DNA of 60,671 bases from a virus. Lineage: Duplodnaviria; Caudoviricetes. Where the stretch lies: IMG/VR virus record IMGVR_UViG_3300049455_000013, positions 1 to 60,671 of that record; one strand, given 5' to 3'. Shown one piece after another: positions 19,065-28,203 of this stretch. Position 1 is the first letter of the stretch. Each line of letters begins with the position of its first letter. Both the position numbers and the translations under genes were made by a program. Under the pieces are notes generated by a model. It did no database searches. It was given only the letters and a program-made list of their open reading frames with translations, and was not told where the DNA came from.

Positions 19065-20185
19065 TGTGGAGCGGCTTGACCGGCAACGGCCTGGACCCGA
19101 TGTACCGCGCCGCGCTGGCCGCGCCGCACACCGTGTATACCCGGGTCGATGTGACGGACAGCGCCGGCAACCTGCTCCAGTCCGATCTCCCGTTCGTCGC
19201 CGGTTCGGTGACCGCGAGCCTCCAGCAGCGCGTGGTGCGCACCCTGGACCTGACCGTGGACCGGAGCTGGTTCCCGGTGACCAGCGCGGGCGCCGTCGAC
19301 ACGACGGCCACCCTGGCGCCGTTCGGCAACCGGATCAAGGCGTACCGGGGCATCGACTGGGGAGACGGCACGCTAACCTACTTCCCGGTGTTCACGGGCT
19401 CGCTGGATACCGCCGAGCTGGCCCGCGATGGCTCGATCAAGGTGACCGCGAAGGACTTCGCGGATGACGTGGTGGCGGCCGGTTTCGAGGTTCCGACCAA
19501 CTCCACGGTGGGCGTCAAGCTGGTCCCACAATTCCAGATCCTCATCTCGGGCGCGCTGACCAACGCCACGTTTGGCACCAGTGACCAGGCGGCTTCTCTG
19601 ATGCCCGCGTTGACCTGGGAGTACGACCGGGGCAAGGCGTTGGATGATGTGGCCGCCGCTGCCGGCATGATCTGGTACCAGCTCCCGGACGGTGGGTTCG
19701 TGATGCGCGCGGTCCCGTGGACGAAGGCCGGGCTGAGCGCGGTGGCGACCCTGACCGATGTGGACGTGTTGCTGGACTGGCAGATCAGGGTCACCCGCCA
19801 GGGCGTGAACAACGCGATTGTCTACGTCTCCGAGCGGCAGGGCGCGACACCGGCCTACGCTATCGCCCGGGACACGGTGACGACTTCGCCCACCCGCTAC
19901 CGGGGACCGCTCGGGCGCCGGCCCAGGCTGATCCAGAACCAGGTGCCGCTCAGCCAGGCCCAGTGCCTCGCCGCCGCACGTACGACGCTCCAGAGCGCGA
20001 AGGCCATCACGCTTTCGGTGGCCAGCGCCGGTATCGTGCCGGACCCGGCACTGGAGCTGGGCGACGTGCTCCAGATCAGCGCCGATGGAGTGTCGAGCCT
20101 CCAGTGCGTGACCGGCTTTACGCTGCCGCTTCGCGAGGGTTCGACCATGCCGCTAACGTTGCGTGCGTACGCTCCGCTGAGCTGA
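19064..20185 (+). CDS. Minor tail / baseplate hub protein (DUF5047-like)
   Basis: GSVTAS...RTLDL, LAPFG.RI...RG, PDPALELGD. Confidence 0.75.
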   Translation: MWSGLTGNGLDPMYRAALAAPHTVYTRVDVTDSAGNLLQSDLPFVAGSVTASLQQRVVRTLDLTVDRSWFPVTSAGAVDTTATLAPFGNRIKAYRGIDWGDGTLTYFPVFTGSLDTAELARDGSIKVTAKDFADDVVAAGFEVPTNSTVGVKLVPQFQILISGALTNATFGTSDQAASLMPALTWEYDRGKALDDVAAAAGMIWYQLPDGGFVMRAVPWTKAGLSAVATLTDVDVLLDWQIRVTRQGVNNAIVYVSERQGATPAYAIARDTVTTSPTRYRGPLGRRPRLIQNQVPLSQAQCLAAARTTLQSAKAITLSVASAGIVPDPALELGDVLQISADGVSSLQCVTGFTLPLREGSTMPLTLRAYAPLS

Positions 20186-20194
20186 GGAGGTCAG

Positions 20195-20767
20195 GTGCCC
20201 GCGAACACGCCGACCCAGGCGCTTCCGTACCCACTGGCCTCTGACCGTCCGTGCGACTACCCGACGACCATGGCCGCGCTCGCGTTGGCCCTGGACGTCA
20301 AGGGCGCGGCCTACGACGTGGATGTCGCCCGGCTGGCTAAGCGCAAATGGGTCAAGATCAGTCACACCACGTTCAACTATGACAACAACGCCATGCTGTT
20401 CGATACGGTCGAGAACAACAACGGCACGCCAACCGATCTCACGATCGACCCGTACCGGCTCCAGCTCGCCGCCGGGTTCTACGTGATCCAGGCCAAGATC
20501 ATCGTTCCCACGTCGAACGCGACATTCAACTATTATGCGACGCTTACGGGCAGCGGGGGTGCGTCGGTCACGGGCGCGGCCACAACGGCACGCGACTTCG
20601 GCGGCACGCCTTCCACCTGGACGCCCACCACGATCGGGATCATGGACGCGGCCTACGTCGCCACCGGGACCGGCAAGGTGGCACTCAACCTGGTCTATAC
20701 CGGCGCCGGCCCCACCATCCCGATCAACTACGCCAGCTTGGCGGCCTGGTGGATATCCGATGTCTAG
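20195..20767 (+). CDS. Minor tail protein
   Basis: N-terminal TPTQALPYPL motif; beta-rich C-terminus. Confidence 0.7.
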   Translation: MPANTPTQALPYPLASDRPCDYPTTMAALALALDVKGAAYDVDVARLAKRKWVKISHTTFNYDNNAMLFDTVENNNGTPTDLTIDPYRLQLAAGFYVIQAKIIVPTSNATFNYYATLTGSGGASVTGAATTARDFGGTPSTWTPTTIGIMDAAYVATGTGKVALNLVYTGAGPTIPINYASLAAWWISDV

Positions 20768-20779
20768 GCAGGAGTGTCA

Positions 20780-21424
20780 ATGCCAGCGGTGACCCCCGCG
20801 AAGGGCATCCCCTATGCGCTCGGTACGGACTTCTCCGACCCTCGCGTGTTGCGTGACTTGGCACTGACCGAGGACGCCCTGTTCGCCGGGTACGACGCGG
20901 CGTTTACCGCCGGTCCCCGCCCGGCCGCCTTCATGTGCCGATCAGGTGCGGATACGGGTGGCTTCAGTAACGGTAGTATCGGGGCGATCGTGTCCTCCGT
21001 GACGGAGTGGAACACGTCGAATGGCGCCATCGCGTCCAGCGGTACCTGGACACAGGATCTCAACGAGGTTCCAAGCTGGTGGATGTTCGGCATGAACCTC
21101 TTCGAGGCTGTAGCCAGCGGAGCACCTACGGTCGGCTCCCTGATGCAAGCGATCTTCCTGGTTACTTCGCTGGATCCGGTGACCTTGCTTTCCGCGACGA
21201 CGGCCCTCGGAGATGGTAATCCGTTTCTGCAAGAAGTGAACAGGTACTCTACCGAAACGCCCGACACCGGGACCACTAACGAGTTCTTCACCGGATTCTG
21301 CATTGTTCCGATGTATAAGGGGTCGGTAGTCCCCGTGTTCGGCAACCGGGATACCAGCGGCGGCCAGACCAAGAAGGCCTCGGCTGGGACGGTCTTCTGG
21401 GGCGTTCGACTGGGGGCGATCTGA
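20780..21424 (+). CDS. Minor tail protein
   Basis: N-terminal TPAKGIPYAL motif. Confidence 0.7.
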   Translation: MPAVTPAKGIPYALGTDFSDPRVLRDLALTEDALFAGYDAAFTAGPRPAAFMCRSGADTGGFSNGSIGAIVSSVTEWNTSNGAIASSGTWTQDLNEVPSWWMFGMNLFEAVASGAPTVGSLMQAIFLVTSLDPVTLLSATTALGDGNPFLQEVNRYSTETPDTGTTNEFFTGFCIVPMYKGSVVPVFGNRDTSGGQTKKASAGTVFWGVRLGAI

Positions 21425-22024
21425 GTGCCTGGTTCGACCCCCGCGAAGGGCATCCGTTATCCGTTGCTGACCGAGCCGGCCGACGTGAACGCCATCATGG
21501 CCATGACGTTCGACCTGGACACCATGGGGACCGCCGACGACGCGCTACGGACCACAGCGCTCACCCAACGCGGCGCGCGGATCAACCACTCGGCTCCCCC
21601 GACCATTGTCAAGGCGGTGCAGACAAAGCTCACGTTCAACACCGTTGACTACGACCCCAACGGCCTGACCAACCTAGGCGTGAACAATGACCGGTTCACG
21701 ATCGTCCGGCCTGGCCTCTACCTGTTCGGTCTAGTAATCAACTGGCAGAGCGCGGGCGCCTTCGGCGGTCTGGGCATGACGGCGGGCGAGGCGATCATCG
21801 CCAAGAACACCACGGCGGCGCCAGTCGTTCCGAACAAGCGGCACCGCAAGTCGCCAGGGTTCAACGGTTCCTCGTCGGGCTCGGTCGGCTGCACGATCGT
21901 TGCGCCGTTGGTGATGGCCGCAACTGACTTCGTGACAGCTCAGGTGCTCTGGGCTGGGTCTGCCGCCGGTCCGGCCACGATCGACTCCCCGATCTTCTGG
22001 GTGCTCCCGTTGGCGCTGACCTGA
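21425..22024 (+). CDS. Minor tail protein (C1q/TNF-like C-terminus possible)
   Basis: N-terminal TPAKGIRYPL; FNTVDYD...RFTIVRPGLY. Confidence 0.7.
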   Translation: MPGSTPAKGIRYPLLTEPADVNAIMAMTFDLDTMGTADDALRTTALTQRGARINHSAPPTIVKAVQTKLTFNTVDYDPNGLTNLGVNNDRFTIVRPGLYLFGLVINWQSAGAFGGLGMTAGEAIIAKNTTAAPVVPNKRHRKSPGFNGSSSGSVGCTIVAPLVMAATDFVTAQVLWAGSAAGPATIDSPIFWVLPLALT

Positions 22025-22590
22025 TGGCCAAGGATCTCGCCCAGGCGACCGACACGCGCGCCGGCCAGGCTCTCAACGCCATGCGCACGGCGACTGTCGC
22101 CTCCGTCCTAGCAACCGGTGGGGTGATGGTCAGCATGAACGGCGCGGTCGTCGGACCGTACGCCGTCGTCGGCTCGTACGTCCCAGCGGTGGGCCAGGTG
22201 GTCTCGGTCATCCGCCAGGACGCGAGCTGGTTGGTCCTGGGGCCTTCGGCGATGCCTACTGCGGCCAGCGGGCAACAGGCGGTCGGGCTGCTGCTTGGCT
22301 GGACCGCGAGCCTCAACAGCATCGGTCGCATCTCGCTCGGTGGCCGCCCGGGCGTTCTCTGGGTGGCCAGCCTTACGGCCGGCACGAAGGCGAACGGGAC
22401 GATCATGGGGGTCATTCCGGCCGGACTGGCGCCGCGCACAAGCCTGGACTTGAGCGCGAACGCCGATGTCACCGTTGCCGCCGGCCAGTCTGCGCATTTC
22501 AATATGACCCCGGCCGGCGGCGTTGGGTGCTGGGGCTTCAGCTCGGCGACCTTCGCCAGCCTGTGTGCCATCTACCCGCTCGACGTGTAA
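22024..22590 (+). CDS. Minor tail protein
   Basis: SYVPAVGQVV...WLVLG N-terminal domain; IPAGLAP receptor-binding-type C-terminus. Confidence 0.65.
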   Translation: MAKDLAQATDTRAGQALNAMRTATVASVLATGGVMVSMNGAVVGPYAVVGSYVPAVGQVVSVIRQDASWLVLGPSAMPTAASGQQAVGLLLGWTASLNSIGRISLGGRPGVLWVASLTAGTKANGTIMGVIPAGLAPRTSLDLSANADVTVAAGQSAHFNMTPAGGVGCWGFSSATFASLCAIYPLDV

Positions 22591-22638
22591 ACAGACGTGC
22601 TGTACCGCCTGGATGGACACGCGCGCTACGCTGCGGAT

Positions 22639-22788
22639 ATGACCGAGCCGATCGAAGACCTCACCCAGCCGGACCAGCCGGACCGCAACTTCGACCCTAC
22701 CCAGGTACCGGCGGCGCATGAGCCGATCGGTGACCACCAAGAGCTGATCGGTGAGCCGGTGCCGGACCCGATCACGGAAGGGGCGTAG
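22639..22788 (+). CDS. Small acidic hypothetical protein
   Basis: 49 aa immediately before the endolysin. Confidence 0.5.
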   Translation: MTEPIEDLTQPDQPDRNFDPTQVPAAHEPIGDHQELIGEPVPDPITEGA

Positions 22789-22792
22789 TTCG

Positions 22793-23470
22793 ATGGCTAA
22801 CCTTGCCCCGAACCTTGACCGCGCACGTCACTCCATCTGGGCGCGCTGGCCTGGCGCTGTCGTCGGGTGGATCGGTGACCCCGCGCATATGGCCGAGTGC
22901 TCCGACCACAACGAAGATGGTTGCGGCCTGGTGCACGCGATCGATCCCATGTTCGCGGCCGGTACCGCACAGGCCAACGCCATCGTGCGCGCGTCGGTCG
23001 GGCGTCCGGACCTGGAGTACGTGATTCACAACCGGACCATCTGGTCGGTCAGTCACGGTTGGCAGGCTCGCCAGTACCTCGGCTCCGACCCGCACACCAA
23101 CCACGTACACGTCTCGGGCAAGCACGGTAGCTCGTGCGCGAACAGCCATACGTGCAACGGCTACGACAGGGCGGCCGAGGGCAACCTGACGCCCTGGAGC
23201 TTCGATGGGGTGCCGGTGCCCCCCGCCGGCAACGTGCCAGCTTGGCCGGGCCGCCTACTGCGTCTGACCTCACCCATGATGCACGGCGAAGACGTGCGGG
23301 CCTGGCAAGCGAAGATGACGGCGCGCGGGTGGGCGATCGGGGTGGACGGCTGGTACGGGCCGGCGAGCCAGACGATCTGTCGTGCCTTCCAGGCGGAGAA
23401 GCACTTGGGCGTGGACGGCGTTGTTGGCCCGGCAACCTGGCGCGCCACCTGGACAAGCCCGGTTACCTGA
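22793..23470 (+). CDS. Endolysin (Zn-peptidase-like N-terminus + peptidoglycan-binding domain)
   Basis: SDHN...AID...HTNHVHVS; GEDVRAWQ...VDGWYGP...AFQ...L.VDGVVGPATW. Confidence 0.9.
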   Translation: MANLAPNLDRARHSIWARWPGAVVGWIGDPAHMAECSDHNEDGCGLVHAIDPMFAAGTAQANAIVRASVGRPDLEYVIHNRTIWSVSHGWQARQYLGSDPHTNHVHVSGKHGSSCANSHTCNGYDRAAEGNLTPWSFDGVPVPPAGNVPAWPGRLLRLTSPMMHGEDVRAWQAKMTARGWAIGVDGWYGPASQTICRAFQAEKHLGVDGVVGPATWRATWTSPVT

Positions 23471-23486
23471 GTCCCACCTGTACTGC

Positions 23487-23535
23487 TTTGAGCCTCCCCC
23501 GTACGATCCGCGTAGGCGGTGGGGGGAGGCTCAAA
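23487..23535 (+). promoter_or_regulatory. 14-bp hairpin sequestering the RBS of the next gene
   Basis: TTTGAGCCTCCCCC/GGGGGAGGCTCAAA; the 3' arm contains GGAGG and ends at the A of ATG 23535. Confidence 0.55.
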
Positions 23536-24101
23536 TGGCGGACGACGGTCCTGGTCCCGGTCCGGGGGTGGACGCGCAGGGGCGGCCGGTGGTCGACCCC
23601 ACCAAGAACGTGCTGGACGCCCTGGACTCCGCTGTTCACCGGCTCGACGACCTGCGTGTCCAGGCTGAGGGTCATGCCCACAAGTTTGCGAACTTGCGGG
23701 CTGAATACGACGAGAAGCTACGTAGGGCAGAGAGCGCGCGTATCGATGCGATACGCGCCGTGGATGTCGGCGCGGTCAACCAGGCGGCCGAGGTTGCCCG
23801 CGTGGCCGCTACCTCCCTTGCGGCAGCGGTACAGGCGTCGGCCGAGGCGTTGCGTACCCAGGTGACGGCTGCCGCGACGGCCGCAACGGTGGCGCTCGCC
23901 GCCGAGATCGACCCACTCAAGAAGGACATCGCCGATCTTCGCCGCACCCAGTATGAACAGGCGGGACAGAAGGCGCAGGTCACGGAGGGAAAGACCGACC
24001 AGCGGCAGGGCAGCAGCCAGTTGACGGCGGTTATCGGCGTGGGGGTGGCCATCGTATCGGTGCTCATCCTGGCCATCGGTATCTACCTGGCCAACAAGTG
24101 A
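23535..24101 (+). CDS. Coiled-coil membrane protein (lysis cassette)
   Basis: C-terminal TM helix; follows endolysin. Confidence 0.7.
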   Translation: MADDGPGPGPGVDAQGRPVVDPTKNVLDALDSAVHRLDDLRVQAEGHAHKFANLRAEYDEKLRRAESARIDAIRAVDVGAVNQAAEVARVAATSLAAAVQASAEALRTQVTAAATAATVALAAEIDPLKKDIADLRRTQYEQAGQKAQVTEGKTDQRQGSSQLTAVIGVGVAIVSVLILAIGIYLANK

Positions 24102-24116
24102 TGAGAGGGCGCCCGG

Positions 24117-24407
24117 GTGTCCGGTGACGAGTTACGTCTATGGGGGTTCTTGGCTACTCTCGGCGCCGGCCTGGTAAGCCTCGTTCTACTTGGAGTGCGG
24201 ATGCTGCTACGGGGCAAGCTGATCCCGCTGCATGAGCACGAGCGCGTCATTAAGATCTACGAGGAGCGCAATACCGAGCTGGTGCAAAGGAATGCCGAAT
24301 GGCAGAGCCTATACTTTGCCCAGGTGGGCCTGAACGCGACACTGAACAACCAGCTCGGCGAGGTACTGTCGGCGGTCCGTAAGGCCCGGGAGGCTGAGAC
24401 GGCATGA
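24117..24407 (+). CDS. Membrane protein (lysis cassette)
   Basis: N-terminal TM plus LRGKLIP...coiled coil. Confidence 0.7.
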   Translation: MSGDELRLWGFLATLGAGLVSLVLLGVRMLLRGKLIPLHEHERVIKIYEERNTELVQRNAEWQSLYFAQVGLNATLNNQLGEVLSAVRKAREAETA

Positions 24408-24598
24408 GCTGGTGGCCCCCATGGCGCCGGGAGGAGCCTGAAGTGCGGACGGTTGAGCGCAGTGGCGAGAAGGTGCGGCGCGCGGAGGCTCAGACGAATC
24501 GCATGGGCGAGGAGATCCGGGCTCAGGACGAGGAAGTGCACGAGGCCGCCGAGGGCCTGGCCGAGATCATCATGCGTTCCATGCGGGGGGGGCGGTAG
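24404..24598 (+). CDS. Small hypothetical protein (lysis cassette)
   Basis: ATGA overlap; WWPPWRR start. Confidence 0.65.
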   Translation: MSWWPPWRREEPEVRTVERSGEKVRRAEAQTNRMGEEIRAQDEEVHEAAEGLAEIIMRSMRGGR

Positions 24599-25128
24599 TG
24601 GGCGTCTTATGGCTGGTCGAGGTGGCACTGGGCTTCGCGTTGAGCGGGGCCTTTGTTCTTCTGTACGGCCTCGGCTCGTCGGACTGGCGCCGGTACGCGA
24701 TCGGCATGAACCTGCTGGCGAAGTCGGCCATTCTCACGGTGCTGTTTGCCCTGACGCTGGCCGGCGCCGTGGTGGCGGTACCAGCCTGGGCCTTCGTCTC
24801 GCTGCTCGGCGCGCTGGACGTGGTGCTGGCCTGGCGCCTGGTCATCACCTGGCGGGTGCAGCATAGCCAACGTGAGTGGTTGAATGGCCCTGGCAAACAT
24901 GTGCAGGGGGAGGGAGAGAGACTTGTTCAAGATCAAGAGGTTCCCGGTCGCCACCGTGACGGCCGTGGTCGCGTTGCTGATGACCACGGACGCACTGGCG
25001 ATCTGGCGAAGCGTGCTGACCCAGAACGAGGCAGCCTGGGTGAGCCTGGGGCTTACCGTGCTGGGCATCATCCTGGGGAAGGCGGCGCACAACAGCGTCA
25101 CCCCGCTGGCCGACCCGAAGAACGCTGA
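24598..25128 (+). CDS. Putative holin-like three-TM protein; 3' end uncertain
   Basis: First ~90 aa hydrophobic (FVLLY...WRRYAIG.NL); remainder overlaps the next gene. Confidence 0.5.
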   Translation: MGVLWLVEVALGFALSGAFVLLYGLGSSDWRRYAIGMNLLAKSAILTVLFALTLAGAVVAVPAWAFVSLLGALDVVLAWRLVITWRVQHSQREWLNGPGKHVQGEGERLVQDQEVPGRHRDGRGRVADDHGRTGDLAKRADPERGSLGEPGAYRAGHHPGEGGAQQRHPAGRPEER

Positions 25129-25186
25129 GGGTGTGCCGTTGGTCCCCGACGTGCCCGCCAAGCCGACGTACGGAGCCGGCCGGTGA
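24923..25186 (+). CDS. Holin-like two-TM protein
   Basis: TTG start after GGAGGG; HNSVTPLADPK motif common in actinophage holins. Confidence 0.65.
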   Translation: MFKIKRFPVATVTAVVALLMTTDALAIWRSVLTQNEAAWVSLGLTVLGIILGKAAHNSVTPLADPKNAEGVPLVPDVPAKPTYGAGR

Positions 25187-25491
25187 CCCAGCCCGAGGCC
25201 GGCGCCGGCCAACTGCTGGTGGCGACCAACGTGGTACCCGGTCCGGGCGGACGCCCGGTGGTGGTCCTGCTGCTCCAGAACGGTCCCCTGGCCACCCAGC
25301 TCCAGGTGGACTGGGAGCGCGCGGACGACCTGGGCGCGTTCATCGCGGCCAAGCTCAAAGAGGCGCACGTGCAGGCTCGGCGCCTCAACACGGGGCTCAT
25401 CACGCCCGACATGGGTCCACTTCCCGGCCTGCCGCCAGGCGGGGTCAACGGCGTCGGTTTCCACGGGCCGGGGCCGGGGCATCCCGGCTGA
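25183..25491 (+). CDS. Hypothetical protein
   Basis: GTGA overlap; last gene of the late operon. Confidence 0.65.
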   Translation: MTQPEAGAGQLLVATNVVPGPGGRPVVVLLLQNGPLATQLQVDWERADDLGAFIAAKLKEAHVQARRLNTGLITPDMGPLPGLPPGGVNGVGFHGPGPGHPG

Positions 25492-25508
25492 GCGGAGCCG
25501 GCGAAAAG

Positions 25509-25552
25509 ACAAGACACCCCCGGGCCTTAGTGCGGACTCGGGGGTGTCTTGT
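25509..25552. terminator. Bidirectional terminator hairpin
   Basis: ACAAGACACCCCCG/CGGGGGTGTCTTGT between convergent operons. Confidence 0.8.
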
Positions 25553-25739
25553 TGGGCCTACGGCCTCGCTGTGGCTCCAGTCTCCAGACCGACCACCACC
25601 AGCCCGGCGTCTGGTGGTACCCGTCCGTGTGGGGCCAGCGGGTGCAGACGAGCCGTGTCCGGTAGTTGTACTCCGAACACGGCTCGACCTTGATCCATGA
25701 TCCGCAATGCGTCTTGCCTGCGGTACCCGTGCCGCGCAC
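25527..25739 (-). CDS. Small Cys/His hypothetical protein
   Basis: Abuts the upstream gene; C..RWPH.DGYH. Confidence 0.45.
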   Translation of the reverse strand: MRGTGTAGKTHCGSWIKVEPCSEYNYRTRLVCTRWPHTDGYHQTPGWWWSVWRLEPQRGRRPNKTPPSPH

Positions 25740-26039
25740 TTACGCCCCGACAGCCCAAGCGAACAGGGTGGCGAGGTTGACCACGGCTAGCGGCGTCGGC
25801 TCCGAGCCGCCTGCGTACTCCGCTGAGGTCAGTACGCGGTAGAGGATCACGTGCATTTCCGCGCGCGGCACGCCGTCTCGACCCGGGCCGTACCAGTTCC
25901 CCGGCCCCATGGCGGTGTCGAACGAATCGCCATGCACGCGGGCGGTCAGCCCTTGTTCGTCCGGCTCGTGCCAGTCCGGTCGAACGCCAAGCTCCCGCGC
26001 CAGCTCGACCAGCTCGGCGCGGGTGCTGATGATCTTCAT
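25740..26039 (-). CDS. Conserved actinophage hypothetical protein
   Basis: LARELGVRPDWHEPDEQ...VNLATLFAWA. Confidence 0.75.
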   Translation of the reverse strand: MKIISTRAELVELARELGVRPDWHEPDEQGLTARVHGDSFDTAMGPGNWYGPGRDGVPRAEMHVILYRVLTSAEYAGGSEPTPLAVVNLATLFAWAVGA

Positions 26040-26361
26040 CGTGTGTACGTCCCGTCTGGCCTCCGTCCGTCTGGGTTGTCGCCAGGGTGGCGTGGTACTG
26101 CTGGCGGGCGATCTCCTGGACCCGTGCGGCGTGCTGGGCCACATCGCCCATGACGGCGTACAGCTCGGCCCAGGCTTCCGGCTTGTTCTCGGTCATCTCC
26201 TCCGGACGCCGGGGGCGCTTCCAGATGCCGCTGGACTCGTGCTCAGCGGCGGTCAGGTACACCGGACGCGGCGGGCGGAAGTCGTCGCGGATGGCGAGCC
26301 TCTGAACCATGGCCCGCATGTGCTCGACGACCAGCACGCGGGGCTTGCGCTCGCGGCTCAT
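26040..26361 (-). CDS. Hypothetical protein (MSRERK...); stop uncertain, frame stays open to 25558
   Basis: ATGA overlap with the upstream gene; protein-like for ~105 aa. Confidence 0.45.
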
Positions 26362-26678
26362 GAGGTCAACGCCGGGATGGAGTCGGTGTCTTCCAGGTGG
26401 ATGGTCGCAGCCAGCAGTGCGTACTCGTCGCCCGCGAAGTCGGTCTTTGCCGCGCCACACGTGCACTGCCAGGCGTAGACGCCCTCTCCGTCGTACCCAG
26501 ATGTGACCTCGTGCTCTGGTACGGCGATCTGGACGGTCCGATCGAAGCGCCGGACTTCGAGCTGGTGTCGGACGACGACGATCAGGCCGAGACTGGCCAG
26601 CAGTGCGCCGACCAAGCCCAACAGGTACGGGTGGGTCAGGAGGAACGTGGGCGCGGTCGCGATCAGGTGGAGGATCAT
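26358..26678 (-). CDS. Membrane protein with H..CTCG..H Zn-like motif
   Basis: TM helix; WQCTCG. Confidence 0.65.
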   Translation of the reverse strand: MILHLIATAPTFLLTHPYLLGLVGALLASLGLIVVVRHQLEVRRFDRTVQIAVPEHEVTSGYDGEGVYAWQCTCGAAKTDFAGDEYALLAATIHLEDTDSIPALTS

Positions 26679-26681
26679 CGA

Positions 26682-27074
26682 TCAGCCCTCCACCACGGCC
26701 ACGGTCCTGATCTCGCGGCGGATCAAGAGTGCCGAGCTGTAGAGGAGAGCGCGATCCAGGTGCTTGACCTTGGATCGCGCCCACGTCTCGTCACTCTGGG
26801 TGGGGTACCGCGCCCGGTCAGCGGTCGAGCGCCAGTAGTCGCGGGGCTCTCCGTGGCCCCTCTGGAGGCGATATCCGTACTGGTACTGCGGGCTGACATC
26901 GGTTCCGATCGCGGCGCGCATGGCCGCGAGGGTGGTGTCCAGGTGCTCCAGGTCAAGTACGGCCTCGGCGTCCCCGCCCGGGATACCGCTGATCTCGCCG
27001 CTGATGATGTTGTGGATCTTCTCCTGCACCAGCTCCACGAGATCGTCGATCTGGTCGATGGTGATCTTGGTCAT
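26682..27074 (-). CDS. Hypothetical protein
   Basis: Preceded by CCACCTGGAGG. Confidence 0.7.
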   Translation of the reverse strand: MTKITIDQIDDLVELVQEKIHNIISGEISGIPGGDAEAVLDLEHLDTTLAAMRAAIGTDVSPQYQYGYRLQRGHGEPRDYWRSTADRARYPTQSDETWARSKVKHLDRALLYSSALLIRREIRTVAVVEG

Positions 27075-27108
27075 TTGGCCCTCCAGGTGGATCGTGCCTG
27101 TACCAATC

Positions 27109-27138
27109 ATGTTAGGCCACGCTTGACAGATCTGTCAA
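27109..27138 (-). promoter_or_regulatory. Leftward promoter with perfect 16-bp palindrome
   Basis: TTGACA-N18-TAACAT; TTGACAGATCTGTCAA at 27123-27138. Confidence 0.7.
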
Positions 27139-27480
27139 CTCCCACTCTATGCAGGACTGGCGGATGGCACCCGCGCGCCGTCGCACGCACCGCACCAGCC
27201 CGTGACCGGCCATGTCGTACAGGGCGTGCGAGGCGTAGGCACGGACGGTCGTTGCCCAGATGGCGCGGTATCGGTTGGCCTGGATGTTGTGTTCGCGGGC
27301 GCCGGCCAGCACGACCTCCCAGATCTGGCTGAGGGTGAAGGTCCGGCCCGCGCTCGCCTCCACGGCCTCTACCGCCAGCTCGTACAGCTCAGCGGCACTG
27401 TGGCGCGGGATGCCGGTGGACTCCCGCCAGGAGAAGTCGCAGGCGTAGCAGCAGCCGCGCGCACAGTTAGAACGGCTCAT
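27112..27480 (-). CDS. Hypothetical protein (possible winged helix)
   Basis: Overlap with the upstream gene; FTLSQIW...ALYDMAGHGLVRC. Confidence 0.55.
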   Translation of the reverse strand: MSRSNCARGCCYACDFSWRESTGIPRHSAAELYELAVEAVEASAGRTFTLSQIWEVVLAGAREHNIQANRYRAIWATTVRAYASHALYDMAGHGLVRCVRRRAGAIRQSCIEWELTDLSSVA

Positions 27481-27988
27481 CGGTTTCGCCGGTTGCGTAA
27501 GTCCACAGCCAGTCAGGGTCGAGCGCCGCGCCGATGGCGATGGACTTACGCGCCGCTTCACGTAGACGGCGCTTCACCGTTCCATCTGGGACAATGGCGA
27601 AGGACCGGAACTCCCCGCCCTCGTCCAGCTTGGCGCCCGGTGGGGTATCGGCCTGGCCGGCGGCCACCGATTCGGCGAGGATCGCGCGTACCCCTTCCAG
27701 CCACTTCGGGTTGCGCACCCGCAGCACGGAGACGATCTCCTGCGGGAAGGACTCTTGCAGCCAGGCCAGAAACTTCTGCTCGTCTTCCACCTGGAGCGAG
27801 CGCCTGGAGATGTGCGCCGAGCCGGTGGCCTGGGAGCTGTCGGTACCGGGGATGTTCGCGAGCTTCCAGGTCACGGCGTTGTCGTTGCCGGCCCACTCCC
27901 CGGCTGCCTCTTCCGAAAGCATGGCCTGCGCCGCGCTGGAGATGGCGTCCCCGATGAGCTTCAGGCGGATCATGTCCTTGCGGTTCAC
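27467..27988 (-). CDS. Hypothetical protein, recombination-module associated
   Basis: VEDEQKFLAWL..FP.EI...VR...TPPG; next to ERF. Confidence 0.7.
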   Translation of the reverse strand: MNRKDMIRLKLIGDAISSAAQAMLSEEAAGEWAGNDNAVTWKLANIPGTDSSQATGSAHISRRSLQVEDEQKFLAWLQESFPQEIVSVLRVRNPKWLEGVRAILAESVAAGQADTPPGAKLDEGGEFRSFAIVPDGTVKRRLREAARKSIAIGAALDPDWLWTYATGETDEPF

Positions 27989-28203
27989 GATCCCCCCCGC
28001 TTCCTTACCGTGTCCAGGATCTGGTGATAAGCCAGACTTCCCTCCAGGCGTTTGATATACGCCCGTAGCTCCGATTTGGATGCGCTCTTGAGCCGGGGCG
28101 GTCGGGCCGGGTACTCGGGAGCGAGGTCACCGAACCTCAGTCCGTTTCGTGTTACCTGGATCTCCAGCCCTGCGGGCGCCTGGCTCGCGGCCTCTTCGCT
28201 CAT
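27985..28203 (-). CDS. Hypothetical protein
   Basis: ATGA/GTGA coupling on both sides. Confidence 0.6.
   Translation of the reverse strand: MSEEAASQAPAGLEIQVTRNGLRFGDLAPEYPARPPRLKSASKSELRAYIKRLEGSLAYHQILDTVRKRGGS

Noticed and set aside
21431-21442. GGTTCGACCCC T-loop-like string
   Set aside because: Inside a minor tail CDS with no supporting stems
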